From: Hydrolagus colliei
Lineage: Eukaryota
Assembly (NCBI GenBank): GCA_035084275.1
Contig: CM068743.1
Coordinates: 42,594,001-42,658,000 of the forward strand
Direction of reading: 5' to 3'
Length of the DNA stretch: 64,000 bases
Shown: positions 22,486 to 35,084 of the stretch, piece by piece
How positions within the stretch are numbered: position 1 is the stretch's first letter
Layout: every line of letters begins with the position of its first letter
Translations under genes and position numbers: made by a program
The notes under the pieces: model-generated
The model's input: the letters and a program-made list of their open reading frames with translations, nothing else
Databases searched by the model: none
What the model was told of the DNA's origin: nothing

Positions 22486-24034
22486 TAGAGCAGCATGGTT
22501 TCTTGAGTTCCTTGCAGCATATATGAGAAGCTTTCCTGGAAGGTACCATGTTTGCTTTCATAAATGTTTAAAATAATAACTAATATATGCTTCTAATAGT
22601 ATTTTATTACACTGTGAAACTATTTATTAGAATAAATCAATGTTCATTTCCAAACTTACCTTCCACGTGTAAATTTTCCTTACTTTGCACAATTATTTCA
22701 AACACTCATAAGCCCATTCACCTGAATGTGAGAGATCCAGGCTTTGGCTGCTTCCTTTTCACAATGTCAATGCCTTCACCTTGCCCAATCTCTTCCCATT
22801 TTCAGGTCACACTTCAAGACCTTCCTTTTGGACAATATCTTCACTGGATTGGCATTGGGCTCCACCACTGTTAAGCATCCCAAGATGCTATCCAGCATGA
22901 AGGGTTGAAAGGCAGCATCAATGCAAATAGTTGTGTTTCTCCTAAAATAAGCCAACATGAAATACCATCATCTATTCTTCCACTGAAATCCGTCATTACA
23001 ACAAGGTAATCCATCTTCCAGCCCAGCCAAGAATTAATGAAATCCACTCTAACTGCAGAAGTATTGGTGCTTAAATCTATCATTCTCCCATTGGGATACA
23101 GATATCATACCTGCAATGTTCTAGGACACAGTTTGAAATAATTTGAGAAAGTTGTCAGTAGTACAATGTCCCTGCTATTATAGTACTGTATTGTATTTAC
23201 TGATATCTGACTCTCAGTCTCCAGAGGAACAGCCCTAGAAAATTGTCAAACATTTATGTGCCTTCACTAATACTTTCCAAATTTATTTCTTAGAATTCAT
23301 GTTTAGTAATGAGGATTTCCAATCTTGTGAGGACACAAGGTTAACAGACAGATCTGATGGTTTGTTAACTATTCTAAAGATTCAGTGGGATTTTACTGCA
23401 AAATCTCAAAGACATTACACTGCAGCTCCATTAACTCTCCCTTTCCCTCTGCCCCAGAGGAAAAGAACAGAAAATGGCATTCGGGTTACAAAAGTAATGA
23501 GGGCACTTGCTATAAAGTTAATTTCCTTGGATGACATGATCTACCAGATTGAACGAATATTTGGCAAGAAATATGAAGTAGAACAATAACAAGTTTTTCA
23601 GATACATTGGAGAGAAAGAGAAACAAGAGTTGGAATAGGGCCATTGAATATGTGATCGGATGAGGTTATGACAAATTATGCAAGCTGCAGAAGTACTGAT
23701 TTAAATATTTTGCCTCCATTTTTGGTAAATTTATTGGACCAAAGAATGTGTTGTCAATTGTGGGTAAAGTTATAGAGACCCTTATTAAAAGATAAGATCA
23801 CAAAGCAACTAGACAGTAATAAAATTATAAATCTCAGTCATGTATACAATGGCACCCAATGCCATTATGGCAGCACAATACCCTTTGACAACCTATCCAT
23901 ATCCATACACCACCAAATAATAGTCCCTTCTTAGATTTCACCTTCACACCCTTCCCCTCTGTGCAAGACCCCTTTCCCATCCCCTAAATCTTTCCCCAAA
24001 ATACTTATCTCTCTACTTAATCCTCTCCTCATGT

Positions 24035-24275
24035 GGAGTCCTGTAGCTCAGTGGTTGGAGTACAAACCTCACAAATGAGAGGATCTGGATTCGATTTCTG
24101 GGCAAGGTGAAAATAAACAACTGTTTTGTGGGACACTGCTTTGTGCAGTTGGCTGCCACATTTCACCCACAAAATATATAGTCAATTCATTTCACAATAT
24201 ATTTTATGAAGTGCTATGCAACATATTGAAGAAGCAATAAGGTGCTATATCAAATGCATGGATAATTATTAATAT
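24035..24275 (+). mobile_element. Deu-core SINE with internal deletion
   Basis: GGAGTCCTGTAGCTCAGTGG head, Deu core, tail. Confidence 0.8.
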
Positions 24276-24279
24276 TATC

Positions 24280-24682
24280 AACAATAATAACAATAAAATT
24301 ACATTTATAGAGCGCCTTTCATGTCGAGAGGATGTCCCAAGGCGCTGAACAATTAGGTCAACACTCAAGCTGGGGGGGGGGGAGGGTGGGAGTAAGGGGA
24401 AGGGGAAGGAGAGTAGGAGAGGGGGCAGATTTAGGTGGGGAGCAGAAGGCACGGTCAAAGAGGAAGGTCTTAAGATCAGCCTTGAAGGAGAAAAGGGAGG
24501 ATGAAGCGAAGGGATTGCCAGATGGAGTTCCATAGTGTGGGAATAGAGAGGCTAAAAGCCCGGCCACCGATGGTAGTTAGGGTGGTGAACGCGGAGCAGG
24601 CCAGAGCCTGCTGAACGGAGGGGACAGGAAGGTTGATAGGGAGACAGCGGGTTAAGGAGCAGATCAGACAGGAGACAGCCAC
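24280..24682 (-). mobile_element. L2 LINE 3' fragment
   Basis: Translations TIGGRAFSLSIPTLWNSI and SFKADLKTFLFDRAF match the C-terminus of the 43847-44809 ORF. Confidence 0.9.
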
Positions 24683-26246
24683 TCAGACAAGTTTCCTTAC
24701 TCATTTCAAACACCATTTTTTATCTTGTGGTAAGTAAAAACCCGCTTGTTAATGAATTGGCAGATAGCTTTTCCGAGGGTAATAATCCCAGCAAAATAAT
24801 GATAAGAATGTGGCCAATATGGGTTTATAATCGGGATATCCTGCCAAATTAATTTACTGGTTTTCTTTGAATGTGAGACAAAGGAGCTTGATAAGGGTAA
24901 GGCATTGGATGTTGTATATCTGGATTTCAGTAATCCCATTTCTACAGTTCCTCATGAAAGGCTGGTACTGAAATTAAAGACAGCAGGAACCAGAGGAAGT
25001 ATGTTGCTATGGATATACAATTGGTTGACAGATAGAACCCAGAAAGTGGTGGAACAAGGAATATCATCGGGCTCGGAGAATATCACCAGTGGAGTTCCAC
25101 AAGGGTCTGTTTTGGGATCTCTTTATTTAGCATCTACATAATAAACTGGATCTATGAGTTAGAATCTCAGTGGCTAAATTTGCACATGACATAAAACAAT
25201 GAACAGGATAAGTTACAGGAGGACTTGAACATTCTTGGGAATTTGGCAGATCGATGGCAGATGAAATTTAATGTAGAGAAATGTAAAGTGCCTGACAAAA
25301 AAATCTAGGAAGGGATTATTATTTGTTGGGAGTGGTTGGCAAAATGTGTGGTCCGTTATTCAAAAGCTCCAGCTCATTCAGATCTCTGCCACCTGCACAC
25401 TTATCCAGATGAAACTCCGTACCCACATCTCACTAGTTCCGGCCAGGCTCCATAGGTTCCCCATCACTGTATGGATCAACTGCAAGATCCCACAGGGTCA
25501 AATATTCCACAGGGTAGCTACAAATAAGACATGTAACTCCTGCCTAAAAGATGGATAATATGTTGCCAGGTAGTATCTACCAATGTTTGAGGCCCATCTG
25601 ACCGAACTGTCAGAAGAACAAACAAAGTATCCAAGTCTCAACAAAAATAGGTGCTCAAATTAAAGTGAATGAAAGAAGGATCAAATTGTCTGATACCTCA
25701 AAAGAAGAATGTATAGTAGTCACCACCCTAGTTATTTGACTGCTCACTAAATGTATTTGAAGAGCACTTCTACACTCAGAGGCTTCTAATTTATTTAATT
25801 GTCCAATATTTGTTTATAAGATTTTTCCTTACCATCCGATCAGAATCATGAACAAGAACATTTGATTTCCAATGTACAGCTGAAAGGTGCAACTGTTTCA
25901 TGAAAATACAACAAAACAGTCTGCATCAAACCACTTGAGACTGTATATTAACTGATATTCTAACCCAAACTTTGAAGTTTTAGGCTCCATTAAAACTTCT
26001 CCAAATGTTTCTATTGTTTCTGTTTCTTTTTTGAAATTAGTCTGTTCTTGAGTGGCAGAGTTATGTGATACTTCAGAAATGACTGAAGACCATAATAAAT
26101 GTGGAGCATCACCTTTCAAATCAGCCCAATTCAGCACTGAAGCAGCTGTGAATACAGTTCTGTTGTCAAAGAATTTGAATGTTCTTGTGTTCATGTCACC
26201 TTCATGCAAAGCCATATTCAGCCTTAATCATACAAATTCTAGATTA

Positions 26247-26542
26247 TAATAATAATCCTTGCATTTGATATTACACTTTTCACATCTTCTAGATGTGAAA
26301 AGCGCTTCACAGAATATGCTGTAAAGTGAATTGACTGTATATATGTGGGAGAAACATGGTAGCTATTTGAACTAGGCAGTGTCCCACAAATAGTCATGCA
26401 ATGAAAATGACCAATTTTTTTAGAGGGATTATTATTAGGCGCATCAGGTAAGGAAACTTGTCCAAGGTCTCGTCCCTCTTGGAATCAAACCCAGGTCTCT
26501 CGCTTGCGAGGCCAGTGCTCTAACCACTGATATTCAGGACTC
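26247..26542 (-). mobile_element. Deu-core SINE
   Basis: Reverse tail, core and head (AGTGCTCTAACCACTGA). Confidence 0.85.
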
Positions 26543-26899
26543 TATATCTAAGTCAAGGTCATGAATATATATGGAAAAGATGAAGGTCCAAGCACAGATC
26601 CAAGTCTAATTAGCATTTCAACATTTCTCCTCTTCTAAATAATTAATTATTAATTTGCTTATTCACTCACTATTGTCAGATTGATGTCATTAGACACTAG
26701 AAGGGTTATCATCCCTTCAAAAAAAATGGTGAAGGTCACTCAATCAATAACTATTTGTGGGATTCTGTTGTAAGCAATTGGTTGTCCCATTTCACCCATA
26801 AAATATATAGTCAATTCATTTTGCGATGTATTCTGTGGAGCGCTTTGAGATATCTTGAAGATGTGATAAGGTTCTACATCAAATATTATTAATATACGG

Positions 26900-27900
26900 T
26901 AAGAAAATAATCTGTAATGAAATGAAAGGGACCTGGGGATCCTGATTGATAATATATTGAAGCTATTGCAACAGGGCTCGGTCCTTCTGACATAAAAGGT
27001 GCTCTGGAAATGTAATTTTGTCATTGTTGTTGTAGCAGTGAGTAAAGCAAACCAGATACTGGGCTATATTGAAAGGGCAATTTTGTGCCAAAATAGTGGG
27101 ATAATCCTGCCACTTTTTAAACAACTAGTGCAACTGCACCTGGAATACTATGTGCGCTTCTGGTCACCACAATTTAATAAAAATACATAATAATAATCCT
27201 TGCAGAACACACTGTAAAGTGAATTGACTGTCTTTTGTGGGCAAAATGCGGCAAACAGTTGTGCACAGCAGTGTTCCACAAATAGTTTTAGCTTGAGCAA
27301 ATTATTATCACTTTTTAAAAATTATTTTGTTTTGAAGCAATTATTATCCCAGAAAAGTGATCCACTAATCATCTAACAACCAGGTTTCTACTTACAATAT
27401 ATACTAATATAAAAAGGATATTTCAGCGATTGAGAGGGTACAGAGGAGGGCAATCAAAATGATTCAGGGAATGGATGGACTGGACTTCTTGGAGTGATTA
27501 GATGAACCGGGCTTGTTAACACTGGAGAAAAGAAGGTTGAGGAGCGATATCATGGTCTTTAAGATTCTGAAGGGGAATAGACAATGTAGACCACAATGAG
27601 CTGTTTTACCTTGAACTGAAAAGTAGAACCAGAGGACATAGCCTGCAATTGAATGGGGATAAATTCAGAACAAATCTGTGGAAATGTTATTTCAGTGAGT
27701 GTGGAATAAACGTATGGAACAGGCTCCCTAAGGAGTCGATGGAAGCAGAACACGTCATTTGATTCAAGAGCAAATTAGATAGATGTCTGCAAGAAAATAA
27801 TATTAGAAAATAATAATACAATATCCAGATACAGTACATATTAGGAACATATGTCAAGTGACTGCCAGGATTGTGGAAGGCGTACTAGATGAACACTTTT
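26900..27900 (+). mobile_element. CR1 3' half, interrupted by a minus-strand SINE fragment (27188-27395)
   Basis: VSKANQILGYIERAI...ILPLFKQLVQLHLEYYVRFWSP; IERVQRRAIKMI; LEKRRLRSD; TRGH...WNRLP. Confidence 0.85.
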
Positions 27901-29289
27901 GTCACTGAGCAAATTCATATGTTCTTTTTCCAATGGTGCTATACTCCTTTTGTTGTATTCTTCCACCCACTTCATTTCTGAAACACTGCCAGTTGTTCCT
28001 ACTTTTAAAAGACCACATCAAGACACTGCCTTGGGTTATTTTCTTGTGGCATGAGGGAAGGCAGAAGAGGAAATAAGCCCAAGCAATCTCTTTGTACATT
28101 TTGATACAGGTAACAATAATGGCTCTAAAGAATTTAAATTACAATGTTGTTGCTTCCTCCATTCACTTTCCCCAGATCAAACAATGAACTTAGAGAGAGG
28201 TTTAGTGCAGCCCAATCAAATTGTAGTGCAGATTAATTCCAACAGAATCTTTAGTTGCAATCTTCTGATCTCCCAGCTGCCTTGCTGTACACTCAGCATG
28301 TGTTTGCATCAGGGTCAGAAGATAATGAAGGTAGCACACCATCTATTCCTTTTGTTAACAGCAAACACTGAGTAAATGTAACAGCGAAGGGTATACATTG
28401 TTATTTTAATACATTTAATATGAAGATGCATTAAAATAAGATGTATCTCTCTTTTACACAGAGGAGATTTAGATTGTATTACAATTTAAGATATGTCATG
28501 CACTGCAATTTACCACCATAACTTGTTTGCAAGTAAACAAATATAGGGGTGGTTTTATAAACTCTAATTTCTTCGCAGCTGGGCATTGCAGAACAGAAAG
28601 TTCCCCGAAGCTATCTAATTTACTTTGGTGATTGCCATCTCTGATACTATTCTGCTGAATTAATGAACACAAATAAGTCAATTCATTGTACAGTATATTC
28701 TGTGAAGCACTTTGAGAAGCGCTCTATAATATGCAAGTACTATTGTTATTTATTATTAACTTATTGACTTTGGCACAATGGATGGTTCTGATGGCAGCTC
28801 AAAGCCTTCTGTGGCTACCATCATTTTGTGTAACAATTGAATGGCATTCTACTGGACATTACTAATTCCTCATGCTCAGTGTTTATAGAGCTCACTACAT
28901 ACCACATCAAGTACAATAAATTAATATATTGGAAACTGCACCTAAAAGACTTGCAGTCTACAAGGGTTTGTTTGAGTGTCTGGTCCACAATTTACCCATC
29001 AAGTGAAAGCTACAAATTGGTTCAAATATTTTGTTGCAATGCTATATCAACGAATATGAAATAAAAGAAAAAATTCCCTGAATAATTTGGTATTTTTATT
29101 TTCTTGTTGTTAATAATGCACAACAGACATGTAGCTTCCATTAGATAAATGCTGTAGGTCGATAGCTAATCCAACAAAAACCCTTTCAATTGAATTCCAA
29201 CATTTTGCACAGGTAAAATAGAGAAATTAGTCACAAGTAGCTTAGTACTGTATAAGAATTGTTAGTGAAGAATCATGGAAGATAAGAAT

Positions 29290-29552
29290 CATCTTCTTCA
29301 CTCAAAGGTTGTTGAGGGGTGTGGAATTCATTACTGCAAGTGGTTATTGAGGCTGGATCAATAGAGTCATTCAGAAGGGGAATAAACGAATAATCGAGTC
29401 ATAATAACTTGAAGGGTATGTGGAAAGACCTGCCAAGTGGGATTATTAAATGGGATGTTTTAGAAAAAACAGGTAGAGGCAGCAAATAATAATAATATAC
29501 ATTAATAATAAATCAAATGGCCTCCTCCTGTGATGAAAGTGGCTATGTTTCT
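29290..29552 (+). mobile_element. CR1 3' fragment
   Basis: TTCTTCACTCAAAGGTTG...GTGGAATTCATTAC (FFTQRV...WNSL) and the AAATGGCCTCCTCCTGTG tail. Confidence 0.65.
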
Positions 29553-31389
29553 ATATAAATTAACAATGTCATGCATCCCAAGCAGTGAAGAAGTCTTAAA
29601 CAGTATGTACGCTGCTCTTGATCGTGAAAGAGATTACTGTGTTAATTTGCATTTGACTTCTGCCAAAACTGCATGAATTTTGCATTGTTGTTAGCACACT
29701 TAAAACTCTGATTGAAACAATAATGTCCTGAGGGAAAAAAAGTTAGCTTCCATGCACTTTAGAGAAAAGACAAAATGCAAAACAAAACTTCTGCCAAAAC
29801 AACTGTGCCAGTGGTTGCAGGCAGTTTGGTGTTATCCTGATCTCTGAAGCACTCTGCACTCATATCTTTTTTTTTTTTAATCTCACTGTTTTCATGTCTC
29901 TCTCAATCGCTTCATTTTTCAAGAGTGCAATTTTCTCTCTGACAGACAGCAGCAGATTTACCACCACTCCTGCCAAACAAAATACTTCTCGTGCCCCTCA
30001 GTGACACTTATTCTGTACTGTGACAATATGAGGAAAAAATTCAATATTCTAATCTCCACCAAGAGGACCTCATGCACTGCCGCGGATATTTTTTGAGGCT
30101 GCAGTTGTAATGTAATGTAAAGATCTTGCGTTACTTTAAAAACACATTAACTTCTCAATTTCTTTTATGTTTCTGAATCCCCGCTGACTGCTGATGGTAA
30201 AGGAGCCCAAGCAATGTTATGGGGTCATGTTATGGTCCCATGATATTGCTGTTGTGAAATCATAACTTAGTTTCTCAGTAGCCATGGTTAACTTCGTCTC
30301 CATTGTGGTTGATTTTAGATCTTCCACCAATTACACTGACCCAATATGAGTCTTATTCAGGCCACAATAATGGTAGTCTGATGTTGGTGAGGATTTTGTT
30401 TAAGTGCTCCTGTTAAATGAAAAAATGGGGATAATTTACATTAATCATGATGTCCACTGCAACATTTCACCAAGTCATAGCTAAAGGTGACTTCCGGTTA
30501 TAAATAAATCCCTTAAAGTTATCATTGGTTATTTTACCCAGTTTCTTCTTTGCGTGTGTTTCTAATCTATAGCTACTGAGGAAGAGAACCCAAGCTCACA
30601 ACAGTTGAAGGGCACCTGTAATCTGTTTTTCTTCTCGAAGGATTGGGAACTGCTTCAAGCATATACTTGGCTGCCGAGTGCCTATAAGAGATATCTCTGT
30701 AGAGATCCTTGCACTGCTTTGCCAGGATCCAGAAAGGCAACATCTGGTAAAAGTTGAGGAGCTGGAGAACATTTTCATTTTTAGAATGTTTGCTCTTCCC
30801 AAAACTGAGATGGGTGAGTAGTTCCATCTGTCCATGTCCTCATAAAAGAGAGGAGTCAGGAAAAGTTTTACTCAAATAGAGTTGGAAGTTTGGATATCAC
30901 TGTTGAGCAGAGATGTGAAAGGCACACCTATAGACAGGAAATGGCATTTGGTGTTGGGATATTGTATAAAAACAATCCATCTTGATCAAATCATATAATC
31001 TCACATCTGTGATAGTGCCTATAACAGAAACCCCAAATTCTTCAAAAGTAATTGGCCTGATGCAAACACATTGGTGGACATTTGAGTGCAACTAAAATGA
31101 AGAATTTGTGAAACATCACATCAATACTACCTACAAGATTGAATAGAATAATTCACAGCCTGCTGGATAACAGGCAAAATGGAGCAAAAAATAAAAATGG
31201 GATGAACCATTGTACTGTACTGAAATGAGAGGAAAGGAGGTAGTGGATAGCATGGCCAGCTGAGAGATTGATAGAAAATTATGACTTTAAAAATGGATAT
31301 AAATAAAAATTTTAAATGGATAGAAATGTTTTTCTCCTCGTCTCAAAATGTCACATAGGTTATTATTTAAATTGCCTTATCGTAAAATT

Positions 31390-31680
31390 ATAGGAGGAGG
31401 CCACAAAAGGAGGCCATTTGGCCCTTCGCTGGCTCTTGTAAAAGAGCTATCCAAATCAATCCCACTTCCCCGCTCTATCCCCAACTTGTCCTCCTGAATA
31501 ATTATCTACTGCTCTCTTAAAAATCGTTATCGAATCGGCTTCCACCACCTTTTCAGGCAGTGCATTCCAGATCTGAAAAAGATTTCTCCTCTCCTCCCTT
31601 CTGTTTCTTTTAAGAACTATTTTAAATCGGTGTCCTCGGGTAACTTACCCACATACCAGTGGATATAGTTTCTCTTCATA
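31390..31680 (-). mobile_element. CR1 3' fragment
   Basis: GGAGGCCATTTGGCCC...GCTTCCACCACCTTTTCAGGCAGTGCATTCCAG reverse CR1 tail. Confidence 0.7.
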
Positions 31681-32129
31681 TTGACTTAGAAGCACAGACA
31701 ATATATATTTTCAAACATACTACTACATGAGCCTAAATCAACAAATTTGTTTTAAGGAATAAATAGAAAGCAAATGATCACCTTACAGGTTGCAACTAGC
31801 AAAACTGGACATGCAAATGTATCAAAGCTGAGATATTACGCAGCTTATAAAAAAATGCATTTGAATAGAACATATTTCACAGCATTTTACTGTGAAGTAG
31901 AGTGACTGAGTATTTATAGACAAGTACGGCATCCTACTTGCACACAACAATGTTTCACAAATTGCCAGGAAGTCAATAAGTAGTTTTATTTGGGGGACTG
32001 CTGGCCGCCAGGATAACAAGATAAATTTTCACCACTTTTCCTCTTTATCATTCACCTGGACAGATAGACTGGACTTCGGTTTCACTTTTCATTCGAAGCA
32101 TGGCATTTCTGACAATGAGTGCAACAAAA

Positions 32130-32470
32130 CAAAAAGCAATTGCATTTATATATTCCACTCTGGGCAGTTTACTTTACAGTGGTGGAGCCTGAGGCCGAGC
32201 CAGGGGGAGGGGGAAGGTGATTGTAAGCGTGATTGAAGAAAGGTCTTCAGGTGTGACTTGAAGATGGGAAAGCAGGTGGTGAGGTGAAGAGTTTGAGGGA
32301 GGAAGTTCCAAAGTTTCGGGGCATACTGGCGGAAAGCACAGCCACTGATGGTGGAGCAGAGGATATGGGGGACAAGGAGGAGGCCGGACTCGGCAGAATG
32401 GAGGCAGAAAGGTTAGAGAGTTGAGGAGTGCCGAGAAGTAGAAAGATTTAAACACAAGAAGTGTCAGCCT
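32130..32470 (-). mobile_element. L2 3' fragment within an ancient DeuSINE
   Basis: GAAGAAAAGGTCTTCAGGTGTGACTTGAAG...GAGGGAGGAAGTTCCAAAG reverse L2 end; DeuSINE body at 31900-32120 and tRNA head at 32480-32550. Confidence 0.65.
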
Positions 32471-33589
32471 ACACCATGTGAGTTCAAGACCTGACATGGA
32501 GCTTGAACCCACCACCTTCTGACTAAGAGGCAACAGTGTTACCAGCTATGATGATAACATGACATTTTATTCATAGCATAATACATCAACAGCTTGAAAT
32601 TTCGGAGATTAAAACCCCCAAATAATCACTTATATCACTTGTATTGGGTTTTGTTGACTATGAGTAGGATTAAAACACTTCAGTTAAAATAACTAGCTTA
32701 ATGCAAGTTTCTGATCATTCTACCTATCAGTACAGTATTGGATTTGACACTGGGTAAGGATTGTTTCGTAACCAGCCTCCAGTTGTCATGTTTTGGCGTG
32801 CAAAATTGGATTACTGAAATTGCAGTATCGCTCTCCTGGTGCTTTTTCCAACACACTAATATGCATGCTTTATTCCTCTAATTATGTCAGTGGAATTGTT
32901 TTTCATTTAAAAGTTATCTGAAGTTTACTGCCACGGGTCACACCAAAGCCTCCTTGAAAAATATATCAAGGAATAGTTTGTAAATCAAGAAGACCATGCT
33001 TTGATGCACAGGGCACACAAGCATAAATTGTTTTTATTGAAAATGATTATTTCCTTGGAAGGCTGTGTGATCATTTTCTATACATGGAGTTGATTTGTAA
33101 AGACACTTGACATGATACTCTGTATTTAACATCAGTAAGCTTAATATAGTTTCAGGTTTACTTGAAAATGCCCTGTGCAGTGTTCAATCTTGGCGTAGAA
33201 AACTCCCACAAGAAAATGTCATGTTTGGAATGAATGTAGGAGGATGCGATTTCCTTAAACCCAATAATGGCACCTAACTCTTGAACAATCGTCCCCATGA
33301 AGGTAAAGTTGTACACACAGAAATTGTTTATTGATTGTGAATTTCTAAAACTATCCAAAATTTAGTGTCACTTCAAAAGTCATGTAGTAACCCTGAAGAT
33401 TTATGGTGATGGATGGTGCAGATTTAATTCAAAAATTACTGATTTACCAGAAAGATGGAGCTGGGATATTGCACAGTTCAGTTGAGCCTAGCCCACAAAT
33501 ATACAGTTGGTTTCCTGCTCTTCTTCCCCCTACCCTGACCCCTTCCCTTTGCCATCTTTCCCCACTTACTCCCCTAATCCCACTTGCAT

Positions 33590-33793
33590 GACTGTTCGTG
33601 GGACACTGATGTGCGCAATTTGGCTGCCGCGTTTTCGCCCACACATATACAGTCAATTCTCCTACTTTCCTTGATGCCGCCCCGAGCCCTCCCCACCTGC
33701 TCTCGTCCTTACCTGACTGTATAGTGCCTTGGGACGTACTTTCGACGTGAAAGTCGCTACATAAATGTAAGTTTTGACTGACTGACTGACTGA
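33590..33793 (+). mobile_element. SINE Deu core joined to an L2-type tail ending in (TGAC)n
   Basis: GTGGGACACTGATGTGCGCAATTTGGCTGCCGCG, then GTGCCTTGGGACGTACTTTCGACGTGAAAGTCGCTACATAAATGTAAG and TGACTGACTGACTGAC. Confidence 0.7.
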
Positions 33794-33914
33794 GATGCAG
33801 CAGAGATTTTATTCCTACCAACCTTCAAACATTTCAATTTTAAGATAGTGAATCTGGTTCAGATATGTACACAACTGATTGGCTTTACAGTGCTCAATGG
33901 TGGCAGCAATTAAT

Positions 33915-34128
33915 GAATAATCCTTGCATTGATATAGTGCTTTTTACATCTTCCAGATGTCTCAAAGCACTTCACAGAATATACTGTAAAGTGAATTGAC
34001 TGTATATCCGTGGTCAAAAAGCAGCAGCCAATTGCGCACAGCAGTGCCCCAGTCGTGGATTGAGTGGCCAAATTACCGGGTTTTTTTTTACTTTAGGGAT
34101 TATTATCAGACGTGTGAAGTAAGGAAAT
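33915..34128 (-). mobile_element. Deu-core SINE, 5'-truncated
   Basis: Reverse tail and core. Confidence 0.85.
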
Positions 34129-35084
34129 TTATTCCATATTCAAAATTGCATAATCCAGACTCAAGAATGCTTGATGCTAAAATGGGGGAAAGTTCGGGAA
34201 AACAGTTCATAGAATTAACAAACTGCACCCTGATAAGCTGAGAAAAACAATTCCAGAGAAAAAGTTTAAAACTTGTTTCCATCTAAGTAGTAAACATTTC
34301 CCCTTAAGTGCCCACTTCACTGTTGTGACTGTGTCATTATTTCACTCATCATCTATTTCACAATAGCCACGCACAAGATTCATTACCAGGCTAAAACTGC
34401 TCTTCAACTCTCCCCCATATAGAAGTGAACACAACTCTGGCAGATGACCATTTTCCAATCACAGGTCAACACACACGGATTACTCAACTTATCGCTAGCC
34501 AATAACTTTGCCTTTAGAATAGCAACAGGTGCAGCTAATGTACGATAACTTTCTTCCTTATCACTGAGAATAGAAAGCTCCTCTCTGCACAGGGAACATG
34601 CTCCTATCTCCTGCCTGCAAGCAAATGATTGTTTTTCTGGATCAAAACATTTTGGGATAATGTTAAATGCAGAAAGGAAGAGGGATCATAATTGGTTGCA
34701 TTTCCACTGAAATACAAACTGAGATATACAAACTTTTTGCACATATAATGATAGATTGACGATGAATAGCAGTAAGATAATTTCTTATAAAAATTATGAG
34801 TTATTGATTAGTTTATCAATATTTGTTGCTTAAGTTTCAGACCATTGAAAGTTGCATTATCCTACAGGATAGTTGTGCTCTTAACAATATTTTACACACA
34901 AGGAGTTGATAAAACAAACTGAATCCATTAAAGCCAGTTGGAAACTGCCCTGAGACATAAAAGTTATATAGTTCTTTGGTTAAATTATTTGGTTCTTTGG
35001 TGGTTAAAAACATATTTTGCAATAATAATTCTTGCACTTGGTACCTTATCACACTGTCAAGACATCCCCAAGTGCTTTGCAGTA

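Larger units (their letters stand above)
23550..25330 (+). mobile_element. Fragmented CR1 ORF2/RT, interrupted by a SINE and an L2
   Basis: KFFRYI...RVGIGPL (23590), SIVGKVIETLIK (23755), QYGF...CQINLLVFFE...LDVVYLDFS...TVPHERLVLKL...SGVPQGSVLG (24815-25140), WQMKFNVEKCKV (25255). Confidence 0.8.

Noticed and set aside
22720-23110. Protein-like minus-strand ORFs (60 and 70 aa)
   Set aside because: They overlap a decayed plus-strand L2-type 3' end (TCACACTTCAAGACCTTCC...AAAGGCAGCATCAATGCAAATAGTTGT); no recognisable family.
23299-23589. 96-aa ORF
   Set aside because: Its end runs into decayed CR1 ORF2 sequence and it has no recognisable domain.
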